Source: Chrysomallon squamiferum (Eukaryota; Animalia; Mollusca). Taken from it: a stretch of DNA of 64,000 nt. A program made the translations under genes and the position numbers. The stretch spans positions 7,502,001 through 7,566,000 of the forward strand of contig CM022668.1 in assembly GCA_012295275.1 (NCBI GenBank). Reading direction: 5' to 3'. Below are positions 12,879 through 27,053 of the stretch, piece by piece (position 1 is the stretch's first letter; every line of letters starts with the position of its first letter). The notes beneath the pieces are model-generated. The model had not been told where the DNA came from. It saw nothing but the letters and a program-made list of their open reading frames with translations, and ran no database searches.

Positions 12879-15221
12879 CTGGAGAAAACAAAGACAACTG
12901 ACATGTGGGTAATGGGAAATTCACAAAGTAGGTAATTGTTTTCTTTGTCAGAGCAGAGATTTCAGTACACATTTTAAAACCTGCATCAATCTGCAACAAA
13001 GTACATGCACTTAATGGAACCAGGGACAAAAATAAATATTTTAGTTAGAAAATAAATGATTTTTTTTTTTTTTGCAATTATTTATCACAAAGAGAAAACA
13101 ATGATTTTTTTCCCTGACATTAAAACAAACAGAAAGGTTGCAAAAGGTAATTTTTTGACTGTTATTAGTAACATCACAATTCTAAATCAGTAATATTTTC
13201 TTGACATCATCACAATTCAAAACAGGTAATAAAATTTTTTACTATCATTAACAACATCAGAATTCTAAATAAGTAATATTTTCTTAACATCACAATTCCA
13301 AATTGATAAAATGTTCTTTAAATTTTCAAATAAGTAAAATTTCTTGATTATTTCTATTAAATCAGAATTCCAAAACAAGTAATATTTTCATGACTGTTGC
13401 TAATATCAGCATGTACAAGAATAAATTAAATTGTTCTGCCTGTTATTAATACTTTTTAATGTATACACAGTTTTTATTAAACATTTTGATGTGCATTGCA
13501 CTTTCCAAACTTTGTATTCCAAACAAGTAGTATTTTCTTGACCATCACCATAAAGTTTTAAACAGAATATATTTTGTTTCACATTTATGTTTGTTTGTTT
13601 TATTTATTTATTTTATACATATGAAAATATTTATTTTGTATATATAAAAACATTATTTGTTTTTTTTTTTTTTTTTTATTTCATTTTTTTAAATTGTGGC
13701 TTTAATCCAATTTTTATAACAAAATGAAATACATTTAGTAATACAAATGGCTAACTTCAAAGGAAATTTGTAAATAAAATAAAAACAAAGTTAGAATATT
13801 TAAAACTTATTACTAGATAGTATTACATGAAAAACAAACTTGTTGAGAAAAGTAATATGTCTGTGGAGTTCATTCCTATAAAATTAATTTAGAATGTAAA
13901 AAAAATATAAATAAAAATACAAATAAAAAAATAATTTTATTTGTTTAAAATAAATATTTCACATCTTGAATACTGATATCATTTATATATCACTTGTAGC
14001 ATCAAAAAAAAAAAAAAAAAAAAAGAAGGAAAACAAACAATAAAAAACAAAACAACAACAAGCAAGAAAAACACTTTGTAGTAGTTCAGTATCAGAATAT
14101 AAAAATAATTTTGTAATTTTAATCTCATTTAATTTCATACCTTTCAGTTCGTTTTTATTAAAATTTACTTTAGTTCATAATTCACCTGTCATTTAGTTTA
14201 AACAGTAACTTTAAAAAAAAAAAAAAATAAAAAATAAAATAAAAATTAATATATAGTAAATAAGTGTAAGTAAATAGGTAAATAATAAACAAAATAATAA
14301 TAAATTAAGCAAGTAAATATATAAATAAATAAATAAAATAAAATAAAATAAATAAAATAAAATAAAATAAAATAAAATAAAATAAATTAAAATGAATATA
14401 AAATAAAATGAATATTAAATGAAAACAGAAAAAAAAAAAAGAAAACTTATTTTGATTTCATCTGAAATAAACCTTTTACAATTGTCTCAGGCATTTACTA
14501 TATTTATAATAATACTTGTTACATAACGAAAGAATATGAAACCGTAACACATTTTGATTAATAAGTATTGTTAATATCTCACACGCATGTGATATTTTAA
14601 TTAATTAATTGGCTGTTAAGTATAGTTTATATAATTACGTAGGTCAGTTTGATTAATTCAGATTGTTCCATAAACAAGACAGAAATAAAATGTTTTGATT
14701 AATTAGTGTTGTCTGTTTTTGTGTCACATTTTCATTATTTATCCAGAAAATATCTCTAATGTGTCACTTTTTAATTATTTATCCAGAAAATATCTCAAAT
14801 GTGTCACTTTTTAGTTATCCCATGTAATTATTCAACGTGTTGTGTTCTGATTATTTTTGACAAGTGTGATATTTAATTTTAAACATGTTTTGTTATTTTT
14901 GTTATTCGCCTTGTCACATTTTAATAGTTCTCTTGTGTTGTGTGTCAGTTTCATGTCACATTTTAGTGTTGTTTTTTTTGTTTCTTGTCTGTATCACTAA
15001 AATTACAAATTTGTATAAGAATTAGAATATATACCCAGTTTCAGAAAAAACACATGAAGTAGAGAAAAATGAAAGAATATACCTCCCAGTTCTCATAACA
15101 TTCTAACTTATATAAAATTATAAATTACTGACATACTATCACAACTTTCTAGCAGAAATAATTCAGTCTTCTGATAACAAACCCTGATGTTCTGGCATAT
15201 ATAACTGTTTGGCATAGTACA

Positions 15222-15790
15222 ATATAGCAGAATTAGGTATAGCATAGTGTAGCATTGCATAGTGTAGCATAGCATAGTGTAGTGTAGCATAGTACAGTAC
15301 TATATGAAATAGTATAGTATTAGCATAGTATATAGTACAGTATATATTGTATAGTATAGCATAGCATAGTAATGTATAGTACAGCACAGATTAGTATTAG
15401 AATAGTATATAGTACAGTATAGTATAGTATAATACAGTATAGTGTAGTATAGTATAGTATATAGTACTGTATTGTATAGTACAGAATAGTTTAGTATTCT
15501 GTAGTATAGTATTAGCATAATAAAGTATAGTATATAGTACAGAATAGTATAGTGTAGTATAGTTTAGTATGGCTCAGTATATAAACATACAGTGTAGTGT
15601 TGCATAGTTTCTATAATGTTGTAATGTATTTTTATTATAGAATATTATGGTGTGCTTTAGAAGAGTATAGTATTGTATAGTATAGTACTGTAAATGATAT
15701 ATAGTATTGTATAGTATAGTACTGTAAATGATATATAGTATTGTATAGTATTGCACTGTAAATGATATATAGTATTGTATAGCATAGCAA
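15222..15790. repeat. (TATAG)n pentanucleotide-derived repeat
   Basis: Directly visible. It is the source of the YYTIL-type pseudo-ORFs. Confidence 0.9.
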
Positions 15791-16011
15791 ATGCAATAAA
15801 CAAATAACATCATTTGATATCCTTTAACATAAATAATACTGTATGATGTCATTAACATGTCAAATTGAAAATTACTTCCACTATTGAATGACATGACACA
15901 ATACCACTAACATACTAACACAGTTCTGCTGAACAATACAACTCAGCCTCATGGATACCAAAACACACATCTAACATACTAACATACTAACATTATATAT
16001 ATATAGCATAA

Positions 16012-16051
<40 letters not shown>

Positions 16052-18586
16052 TACTGTTGGAACAAAATGAGTTATGTTTAATTTTCATAACAGCTGTAAT
16101 ACTATATTAATAGTCATGACAAATTAAGTGAAAATATGAATATTCATAACAACTGTAATGTTGTTTTAATATTCATGATAATTAAATGAAAATATGAATA
16201 TTCATAATAACTGAATATACACTAAACACATTTATGAAATAAAAAAAAAATTAAAAACAATAAAGAATCACTTGCATTCCAAATGTTATTGTAGTAACTA
16301 ATGAATGTTAGTTCTTCAAATACAACAATCCAAAATGCAAAATGCAAAATAAATAAATAAACAAGTAAATAAATAAATAAATACATTTTTAATTAAATAA
16401 ATTAAATAATAAATGGTAATATTTAAAATAAATGATTAAAACATTAAATAATAATAAATAATTAAATAAATAAATAAATAAATAATCAAAAATAAATAAA
16501 CATTTAAAAAACACATAATTCATTCATATTTCTACATCTACTGTAAATCATTGGTTAGTCACTGCAGTCACAAACTCTACACAGACTAGATTTATTTTAA
16601 TAGCTAAACAAAAGTAATAATTAAAAACAAAAAACTAATTAATTTCCTAAGCATGTTATCAAACTAAAAATCAAAATACTTGATCATAGTATGCACACTT
16701 TCAAGTAACAATAAATTTTTGTCATTAGCAATGTTTCATTGGATCTGAGGGCAAACCCATGACAAATGTGCATGAACCATTGATAATGGATAATGATTTT
16801 TTATTACCCTCATAATGAAATATCAGTCCTCTTTAATATATAAAACATTTCCTAAATTTTGTTTTTCTTCTATGTATAATAATAGAATGAATAATTTTGT
16901 TTAATACAGTTATGTTCATTATTATTTAAAAAAATTATATTTTAAAATAAAGAAATATAATAAAATGCCAATATTTGAATAATAATTATTTAAAAAATAA
17001 ATTTGTTTAAATGCTCTATATATGTTTTAATTTAAATATTACATTAATTTTGTACAAAATATATTACAAGCTGCATGGTCATAATTCATTATAATATTCA
17101 TTATTTACTGGTATCAAAATAAATAAATCAATAAAATTAATTTTTAAAAAACAAACAAATAAAAAAATGTTTTTGGTTATATACAGGTAACAAAAAAAAT
17201 GGCCATAAATGTAATCAGAAAAAAGCCTAAACAATTTTTTTCTACACATTAATTTGAAAATATTGAAAAGGAAAGAAGAGAAATTGTTTTGTTTTTGTTC
17301 AGATGTGTCAGTCAGAAGTGGAGAATTCAGTGGTGCATTTTGATCAAGTCGATGAGTTAGAAAAAAACAAAAGAACTACACATTAAGCTAGAAACAAACA
17401 AACAAACAAACAAACAAACAAACAAAACAAGAAAACAAGCTTTCTTCAACAAAGGTTTGTTCATGTAAAACGTAATTTACATATTGTTTGGATAATAAAA
17501 TGTTTTGAGTTTTTACTTGTTATTATTTCCGAAAAAATACAAAATTAAATAAATACTCATAAAATGATTTTGATGAGTAATATTTAATTTCACAACATAT
17601 GCAAAAATCATATTTAATTTTTTCTTACAGAAATAATAATAATAAAAAATCTATTTAAAAAATTCATCGTTGTAAATCTTATTAATCTCCCTTAACAGAA
17701 ATCTTCACTTCCTGAAGGTAAAATGATTTAAAAGCTAATTTCCAAACACCTATTTCTTGTCACAATTAAGCAGTGAAACTAAATAATTAAAATTATAAAT
17801 TAATTTTAAAATAAATTAACATTCTTTCTAACTCAATTCAGCAATAACTTCTTTAATTTTTAATTTTTTTTTAAATTAAAGAAAGATAAAATTTCCATTA
17901 ACATGTAAAATTTCTTATTTTTGCTGAAAACTCTTGTGAAAATTTAATTTGATGGCTTTAAAACCTTTTAATTATAGAAGTAAAAAAAAAAATTGCTTCA
18001 TTAATAATTGAGAGTGAGTTTGAAACTTAATTGGTTTATTTAGTTTTTTAATGTTAGTGCTTTACTTTTCTTTTCTTTTTTTGTTTAAATAAAAATTTTA
18101 AAAATTTATAATTAAAAAACTTATTTAAAGTGATATATTTTGCTTATGAGAAATATGAAAAATATAAAAATAATAAATGATCCAATGCAAAATTAGCAGA
18201 TATAAAATAAATAAAAAACTAAATATATAAATAAACAAATAATAAATAAAATAAGTAAAGTAAAATAAAATAAATCATAAAATAAATAGATTAAAAAATA
18301 AAAATAAAATAAAATAAAATAAAATAAAATAAATAAATACATAAAGTTATTTTATTATTTTTTAAAATATTTCTATTCTTATCCATTTCTTAAAACCATA
18401 AAAATTAAAATATTAAAAATAATAATAATTATAAAAAAAATAATAAAAACAATAACCATACAACAATTTTAATAATTTCTAAAATAATAATTATTTATTA
18501 TAATTATAATTACTATTATAATAATGTATTACAATGGAAACCTTTGTTGGAAGAAAGCAGAGTTTGAACGGAGGACAAAAACCTAC

Positions 18587-18619
18587 CTTTTAGCGTGAGG
18601 AACGGAATTTTCTGCTCCA
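18587..18619 (-). CDS. PDE1: PDE1 33-nt microexon, phase 2-2: (S)GAENSVPHAK(R)
   Basis: Acceptor catttatttttcag, donor AAG|gtaggt. The length is a multiple of 3 and the exon is open in the phase required by the flanking PDE1 exon (phase 0 contains TAA). It lies 212 nt downstream of the 114-nt exon. Confidence 0.8.
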
Positions 18620-18831
18620 CTGAAAAATAAATGTCTCATGAGGCTGACAAGACAGAAATATGGACGAACAGACAAAGGTGAAACAGTCACCAAACACAAA
18701 ACATAACACAAAGAAGAAAATTACATTCAGCGTACATTTAACTGTAGATAGGAGGGGAAAAAAAAATGAATGGAAAGAGAGAAGAATGAGTGAGAAAGAG
18801 AGAAGGAGGTATGAAAGGTGCTGGTTCATAC

Positions 18832-18945
18832 CTTGTTTCATCTATGTAAAGGTTTTCTAAGAGGGAAGCTGCATATTCTAAATTGTTTTTCATGTCGTCT
18901 TTAGAAATATCTTCTTTTTCTAGTCTTCTCAGTATCTGTCTCAGC
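18832..18945 (-). CDS. PDE1: PDE1 (Ca2+/calmodulin-dependent cyclic nucleotide phosphodiesterase 1) coding exon, 114 nt, phase 2-2, first calmodulin-binding/N-terminal region: (R)LRQILRRLEKEDISKDDMKNNLEYAASLLENLYIDET(R/S)
   Basis: Acceptor atatttcttctccag, donor AAG|gtatga. The translation matches the PDE1 family signature as recalled for vertebrate PDE1C (LRSLVKQLERGEASVVDLKKNLEYAATVLESVYIDETR), including the phase-2 boundaries. It is absent from the ORF track because it is too short. Confidence 0.96.
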
Positions 18946-19533
18946 CTGGAGAAGAAATATTAACATTAATAACTATACTTGTAGTATGTACAAAACTTAC
19001 AAATAACAGAAACCTTTATGCATGTTCACCAGCAACTACAAATATACTTGTAAACATTTACTCCACAAACATATTCAGATGTTTACACATATACACGTTA
19101 TATTCATGTATTAACACATAGTGTATTTTTTGCACATGTACATCCTTTTTTACATGTACACACACTAATGTGCATACAAACTCATACATATATGCACACA
19201 CATGTCTCATAATTCATTTTAAACACAGTAAATCATTAAAAATATTTATGACAAATTTTTATTTTTTGAGTATCATTTGATTTCTGCCGTCAGATAATTT
19301 TTCAACTGATATTCAAATATTTTTATTTAAATATTAAACTTATGTACATTTTATTTTTTATTTTGAAATTTCAAGATCATTTACTAATAATTCATGAAAC
19401 TTTATTAAAAAAAAAATAATAATAATAAAGACAAAAAAATAAATCCGAAGAAATTTTAAATATACTTAAAAAAAAAAAAAAAAAAAAAAATTCTGACAGT
19501 GGCACTTTAAATTGGACTCAGTCTGTGCAGTAC

Positions 19534-19708
19534 CTGACAGAACAGCAGTGAGATGCCTCGGGTGTGTCAATGGGAGGTAGTTTGTCCACGCCGAGGTCAC
19601 CACTGGCGTAGGAGTCCACGCTGTCGATAGACACACTGGAAGCTCTGCTGCTGCTGCTGCCCATCTTCCGTGAGTTGGTGCGACGAAGTACTGTGAGAGA
19701 ACCTGTAC
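19534..19708 (-). CDS. PDE1: PDE1 coding exon, 175 nt, phase 1-2: (G/R)TGSLTVLRRTNSRKMGSSSSRASSVSIDSVDSYASGDLGVDKLPPIDTPEASHCCSV(R)
   Basis: GC-rich island with acceptor tttgtttatcag and donor CAG|gtactg. The frame is open and joins the 114-nt exon in phase 2. LPPIDTPE resembles the LPxxDTPD motif recalled just before the LRxL helix in invertebrate PDE1. Confidence 0.9.
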
Positions 19709-19711
19709 CTG

Positions 19712-20200
19712 ATAAACAAACAAACAAATAAATAAACAATCAAATAAACAAACAAACACACAAATAAATAAATAAACAAACAAACAAACAAATAAACAAA
19801 CAAATAAATAAACAAACAACCAAATAAACAAATACACAAACAAATAAACAACCAAATAAACAAATAAACAAATAAATAAACAAATAAATAAACAAACAAA
19901 CAACCAAATAAACAAACAAACAAACAAATAAATAAATAAACAAACAAATAAATAAATAAATAAACAAATAAATAAATAAACAAATAAATAAATAAACAAA
20001 CAAACAAACAAATAAATAAATAAAATAAAATAAATAAATAAATAAAAAATAAATAAACAAACAAATAATTAAATAAATAAACAAACAAATAAACAAATAA
20101 ACAAATAAATAAATAAACAAATAAACAAACAAACAAATAAATAAACAAACAAACAAACAAATAAATAAACAAACAAATGAATAAAAGTAAATAAAAAAAT
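19712..20200. repeat. Mixed (TAAA/CAAA)n tetranucleotide array abutting the PDE1 exon acceptor
   Basis: Directly visible. It reads (TTTA/TTTG)n on the transcribed strand. Confidence 0.95.
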
Positions 20201-20445
20201 AAATAATAGGTAAGTAAGTAAAAATTACCTATACAAACAAAAAAATAAATTAATGAATAAATAAGTAAATAACCAAATAACAAACTAAGTAGATATATGA
20301 AATATATAAAAAAGACAGACAGACACTTGTATGCATATACATAAACATGCACCCTTCATATATGTACATGCATATTCACATATCCACATATCCATAAATA
20401 CATTATATTCACCCATACACATCAACATTCAGACCCATACATATG

Positions 20446-20487
<42 letters not shown>

Positions 20488-20642
20488 CACACACATACAC
20501 ACACACACAAACACACACATACACACACACACATACACACACACACATACATACACACATACATATACATACATACACACATATACACATACACTGATAC
20601 ATACACACACACACAAACACACACACAAACATACACACACAC

Positions 20643-20723
<81 letters not shown>

Positions 20724-22169
20724 ATGGAATATTCAGATAATAATCGCAATCGTCAATGTCAAGAAGGAATAAATCTACTGACAACACAATTTTAGATAAT
20801 ACGGAGGATAATGAGAGATCAACTGATGATAATCAATGATAAAATTATCATTACACTGCTGATGTCTGTCTGTGTGTTCTGTGACTGGGGTTTTAGAATG
20901 GGCCAACTATAGAGAAGATCAGTTTAATTTAGTTTATTATGTTATTAGCGACTGTAACTTCATTTTCATCATTCTCTAATCAGATCAGTGAAGTTAATGA
21001 CAAAAACATTATACTGACTATTTTTAGAGGAGCAATATTTTTAACATTTGAAGAGAAAAGGTTTAAAAATTAAGATAAAAATATATAGGTTTTGATATTT
21101 AATATTAAGATAAAAGTATGTATTTTTGAAAATTATTATTAAGATATTTTATATATATTTAAAAAAAATTAAATTAAAATAAAATATACAGTTTTTGCTA
21201 ATTTAATTTGAGATAAAGTAGATATTTTTAATACTTAAAATTTAGATAAAAATTTAATTTGTTTAGTAATAAAATTAAGATAGAAATATATAATTTTAAT
21301 GATTACATTAAAAAGAAAATATATATTTTTAATGATCAAAATTAAGATTAAAATTTATAATTGTTTAATAATTAAATCTGCAATGAAATATATATTATGA
21401 TAATTGAACTTAAGATCAGAATATATGTATTAATAATTAAAGTGTACCATATTACTACTTTCTAAAATATTACTCTTAGTGAAAATATTTTAAAATTATG
21501 GTTATTTAGTATATTTAGTTCACAGGAATATTGTTCATTATTAACATTATTTCTACTGAACATTATATATATATATATAATTTTTTTTTTACATTTAATA
21601 GAAAGAAACTGTTTTTTGTATAATTACAATAAAGTTAAAATACACGTTTTCAATAATCAAAGGTCACTCATTTTTTCTTTCAAGAATTTTTAAACATTTT
21701 CTTTCAGTAATATTTATTTTAAATTTATTATTTTTTATTATTTGTTTAATTAAAACTACAATTTTTCAGTTCATTTAGGATTCTAAAATTAATGTTAAAC
21801 TATTAGATATTTTTGGGGAGAACAAAAATCAATTAAATTTTTTATTTGAAACTGTTTTTATTAAGATACTAAATTTCTGAATTCTATCATTAATTATTTC
21901 ATTAGTAAAATATTTAAGTATTAAAACATTATTTTCATAATGAAATTATTACTTTCAATATTTTCTTTTACTTCATTAAAATTGTTATTTTATTTTATAA
22001 CTCTTCTAAATTTAAGCCTAATTTATTAAATACTTATACCTTTATTGCACAAACAGTAATTAATTATTTTATTAATTTTCAAAAATTATTTTGTTCACCA
22101 ACATTACAGTTATTCATATCATCAGTATAATACTTAATCAAGAACCAGAAAGATGGATTTACATTTGGA

Positions 22170-22296
22170 AAAAATAACCACCTAAGTAAGTCAACAACTG
22201 CTTAATACACTTGTTTTATTATACATTTTAACTCTGTATAAGAACCTCATGTCTATAGCAAACTCTAGAATGTCCACAATAGAGAGGTTTGACTGA
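22170..22296 (-). mobile_element. Relic of a pogo/Tigger-like non-autonomous DNA transposon (one terminal repeat)
   Basis: Ends in agagaggtttgactg, whose reverse complement CAGTCAAACCTCTCT is a typical pogo/Tigger TIR start. Subterminal ccacct/ctgtataa motifs are shared with the 49.6-kb relic. Confidence 0.45.
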
Positions 22297-22536
22297 ATGC
22301 AAAATATTATTTACACAGTTTGTTTACTCTGTCATTGGTCTGATTCAAAACAATTTCATTCATTCTGAAGTGAGTCCTAATTTCTTCAAATATTCTGAAA
22401 CTAGTTTATTAAAATTTTATAAAATTAATCTGTTCCTTAACCCATTTATTCAGATTTTCATTTTTCCATAACAACCTTTTCTTTTCAGTTATAAAATTAC
22501 TGGACATCTCTTTATGTTTTATAGGTGTTTAATAAT

Positions 22537-22641
<105 letters not shown>

Positions 22642-23218
22642 GTGAATAAATAAAACAAAATAAAATATATAGGAATTGAAAATATGTAATTTCAATAACA
22701 AGTTTTCAATATTTCAGAAAATTCAAATGACATCTCTTCAGTAGTTCCAAAAATATTGAAAACATTTCATCAACAATCCAGAAACTAATCAAATTACTCA
22801 TAAATTTTTAAAATTTTATTTTATATATATATTTTCATCTGACTGTGTTTGCAGACAACTTGAAAACTTTGACAATCTGTGACCAAGAAACCAGGCAAAA
22901 ACAGGTGAGATGTTACGACATATTTGATTGGCTGATTACCTCTTTGACCGAAAATAATCATCTTATTAAAGTGGAGAGTTCTACTTCCTGTCATAAGGTG
23001 GCTTTCCAAAGCTGATAATTTTGTGTGAATCTGATTAGAAGGTTGTTGACCTGGTATGTGCCAATTAATTGAAGACTGTCTAATACAGACAGAGACAGGT
23101 TGTCATACAGTGTTTGTTACACACAGTTTTATAATGTTAATCATTGCAATATCAGTCATATATACCCACACACACACACACAATTATATCTAATTTCTTT
23201 CTCTCTCACTCTCTTTCT

Positions 23219-23251
<33 letters not shown>

Positions 23252-23288
23252 ATTATACCTAATTACTTTCTCTCTCACTCTCTTTCTG

Positions 23289-23342
<54 letters not shown>

Positions 23343-23394
23343 TATACCTAATTACTTTCTCTCTCTCTCTCTCTCTCTGCCTCTCTCTCTCTAA

Positions 23395-23454
<60 letters not shown>

Positions 23455-24094
23455 TTACATACATATATACATATGATAAACAACATTTAAATATATTTAA
23501 TTTCTTATAGTCATATAATTAATTATTTAACTACTGTGTTAAATCACTGAAAATATCCATTAATATAAATCATAAAAGGAGACCACTATGCAAATTACAT
23601 TTTTATACAAATTATGTACAAAATGCATACAGTTACATTCATCTATAAGATATATTCACAAACAAATACTGTGAATAATACTGTTAATATCTAGTAAATT
23701 TATATCTCTACTCCTTTTTTCTCACTTATAATCTGCATTCACAGAAATAAAGCCAATTTGGAACAGTATTAATGTTTCATGAAGTCGATAATCACATTAT
23801 GAATATTTATATCACATCATGAATATTTATATCACAAATCTGATATGATGTATGCAGCCAGTGACATATGTAAATTATTTCACGTGATATATTTAATGTA
23901 TCCGTCACCTACTTTTGTATTGTTAATCTTTAACGTTTTGGTACTTTTTCATGTGCTCACAATTTCCCTATCTGTTTTTCAAGTCACAATATACTGTTAC
24001 AACAAAATCTCTGGTGTATTCTATCAACTTTTTTTTTTTTATCTGTCCATTATGATGTCTGGATATTGTCTGCTTCTACCATAGTTCAATATTC

Positions 24095-24112
24095 TGCCAC
24101 TAGATGGTGCTA
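24095..24112 (+). promoter_or_regulatory. CTCF-binding motif candidate TGCCACTAGATGGTGCTA
   Basis: Close match to the CTCF core consensus CCASYAGRKGGCRS, including the flanking TG and TA, in AT-rich surroundings. Confidence 0.6.
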
Positions 24113-24370
24113 CTTACATTTTATTGAAAGGGTAATGACCAAATAGCATTAGCAATTTTATGATGAAAAGGTTAAGATATAAGTTGTTTTGTTTACATTG
24201 CAGGTTGATAATTTTTGTTATGGTTATTTATTGTTTGTGTAAGTGTTAAATAATTTAGTCTGGTTGATTTTTGAATCTGAGAACTCATTCTTGGTGTGGA
24301 AGGATAAAAAGTGCACATGTATTCATACACCTTAACAAATCTGAATGTTGTTACTTATTAATTAATTACT

Positions 24371-24402
<32 letters not shown>

Positions 24403-24509
24403 GACTTCTTTTTTTCTTTTTCTTTTTTTAAACAAAAAATCAGTATTTATAAATTTATCTTGTTTGGTATTTTTCTACGTAAAAAAGAATGCCTATGATA
24501 AATCCTATA

Positions 24510-24738
<229 letters not shown>

Positions 24739-25514
24739 CTGAATTGTTTTTGTTGTTGTTGGCAGTTTTGAGTTAAAATAGTTGTAATATATACATTACA
24801 TACAGATTTTGTTTGAAAGGTAATAAATATGTTTAACAAACAAACAAATATATAATAATAATAATAATAATAATAAAAATAATAATAATAATAATAACAA
24901 TAATAATAATAATAAATAATAATAATAATAATAATAATAAAAGAAATGAATTGTTGTCTTTTATTTGCCTATTTCATAATCCAATCTATACTTCATGAAT
25001 TGTTAAAAGACATAGTATGAATTCTCCTCTCTTTTCTCATTCCAACCGTGACTCGTTAATTGTGATCATAATATGCATAGTACTGCCTATGAGAAGGATA
25101 CATTAAAAAATTTCTTGCTATTGACCTCATAATAAAAGATTCTTAACATATCAGCAGTACCATAACATTATAATTATAGAAGTAAAATTTATGACTTCTA
25201 ATGGCAATAATATATTTCATTTATTTCCCACCTTTTTTTATTTTTAGAATGGAGTAAAAACAATATGGCCGCCAAATTCAAGTAATTTTATATGACATAA
25301 AATTCAACAGATTGATTTGTTTTCAATTTAATTGCATTTTTATGGCATGAAATTAAAGCTTTTTAAAATTATTATATTTCCAGTATAATTCATTCGTAAA
25401 AACATTTTTCTCATTTAATTATTATCTATTGTTGATTCTGAAATAACATGTAAATTCAGATGTTACTTTCTGGCAGGCATATCATCAAAAAATATTTATT
25501 TAATTAATTAATTA

Positions 25515-25559
<45 letters not shown>

Positions 25560-25827
25560 TTTATTTTTATTACTACTACTACAACTGTTATTGTTATTAT
25601 CATTATTATTATTAGTATTATTATTATTTCACTTAGTTCAAAATATACATATATATTCTCTCTCTCTAATTAATTTCTGTTTCTTTTTATGGTACCTCTG
25701 GTTTATATTTAAGCCATGTGTTGAACATGAAAATGATTTATTTTTAACAAGCTAGAATGTCTGAGATATTGATTATGTTCTAAACTTCTGTAAGTGTTCA
25801 GTGTTCACTCACCGACAGAGTTGCAGA

Positions 25828-26142
25828 GATATGTAGAAAATAACATAGTGTGTTAGTGTGTGTGTGTGTGTGAGTGTGTGTGATATAATAACACAGATAT
25901 GTAGAAAATAACATAGTGTGTTAGTGCGTGTGTTTGTGTGTGTGTGTGTGTGTGTGTTGTGTGTGTGTTGTGTGTGTGTGTGATATAGTAACACAGATAT
26001 GTAGAAAATACATAGAGTGTTAGTGTGTGTGTGTGTGTGTGATATAATAACACAGATATGTAGAAAATAACATAGTGTGTTAGTGTGTGAGTGTGAGTGT
26101 GTGTGTGTGTGATATAGTAACACAGATATGTTGAAAATAACA

Positions 26143-26193
<51 letters not shown>

Positions 26194-26500
26194 ATATAGT
26201 AACACAGATATGTAGAAAATAACAGTGTGTTAGTGTGTGTGTGTGTGTGAGTGTGTGTGATATAATAACACAGATATGTAGAAAATAATATAATGTGTGT
26301 GTGTGTTGTGTGTGTGTGTGTGTGTATGATTGTGATATAGAAATATGTAGAAAATAACATAGTGTGTGTATATGTGTGTGTGAGTGTGTGTGTGTGTGAT
26401 GTAGAAAATAATAGATATGAAATATGTAGAAAATAACATAGTGTGTGTGTATGTGTGTGTGTGTGTGTGTGTGTAACACAGATATATAGAAAATAACATA
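25828..26500. repeat. Compound minisatellite: about 40-bp constant unit (gatatagtaacacagatatgtagaaaataacatagtgtgttag) separated by variable-length (TG)n, about 11 copies
   Basis: Directly visible. Confidence 0.9.
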
Positions 26501-26615
26501 ATGTGTATGTGTGTGTGTGTGTGTTATTTCTCTTTCAGATATTTAGAAAACCCATGTGTCTCTGTGTCTCTCTCTATTCTCTCTATTCCCTGTCTCTCTT
26601 TACTGTATCTGTTTT

Positions 26616-26647
<32 letters not shown>

Positions 26648-27053
26648 TATCTCTCTCTTTGTCTCTCTCTCTATCTTACTCTCTCTCTCTCTCTTGCTCT
26701 CTATTGATCTATCTCTCTTTCTATATATCTTACTCTCTCTCTCTCTCTTGCTCTCTATTGATCTATCTCTCTTTCTATATATCTTACTCTCTCTCTCTCT
26801 CTTGCTCTCTATTGATCTATCTCTTTATCTGTATATCTCACTATCTCTCTATCTCTGTCTCTATCTCTCTTAATTTTTCTATCTCAGCTTCTCTCTCTCT
26901 CTCTTTCACTGTCAGTTCTTTTTCTCTGTCCCTATCATTCTTTTTTCCTTTTTTGCACAGAAAGTGTAACATAAAACGTAATAGTTTAAAACATTTGGGA
27001 ATTCTCTCAGTCATCTTCTGACAGAGTTCTCTAGTAATGTGTGTGTTACTTAC

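Noticed and set aside
12841-12935. Plus-strand peptide RQLRILSLLKQQLEK resembling the PDE1 LRSLVKQLE motif
   Set aside because: It is on the wrong strand, the similarity does not extend, and the true orthologous exon is at 18945-18832.
25828-26500. CRISPR-like pattern of a constant repeat with variable spacers
   Set aside because: The spacers are only (TG)n of differing length, the context is a eukaryotic intron, and there are no cas genes.
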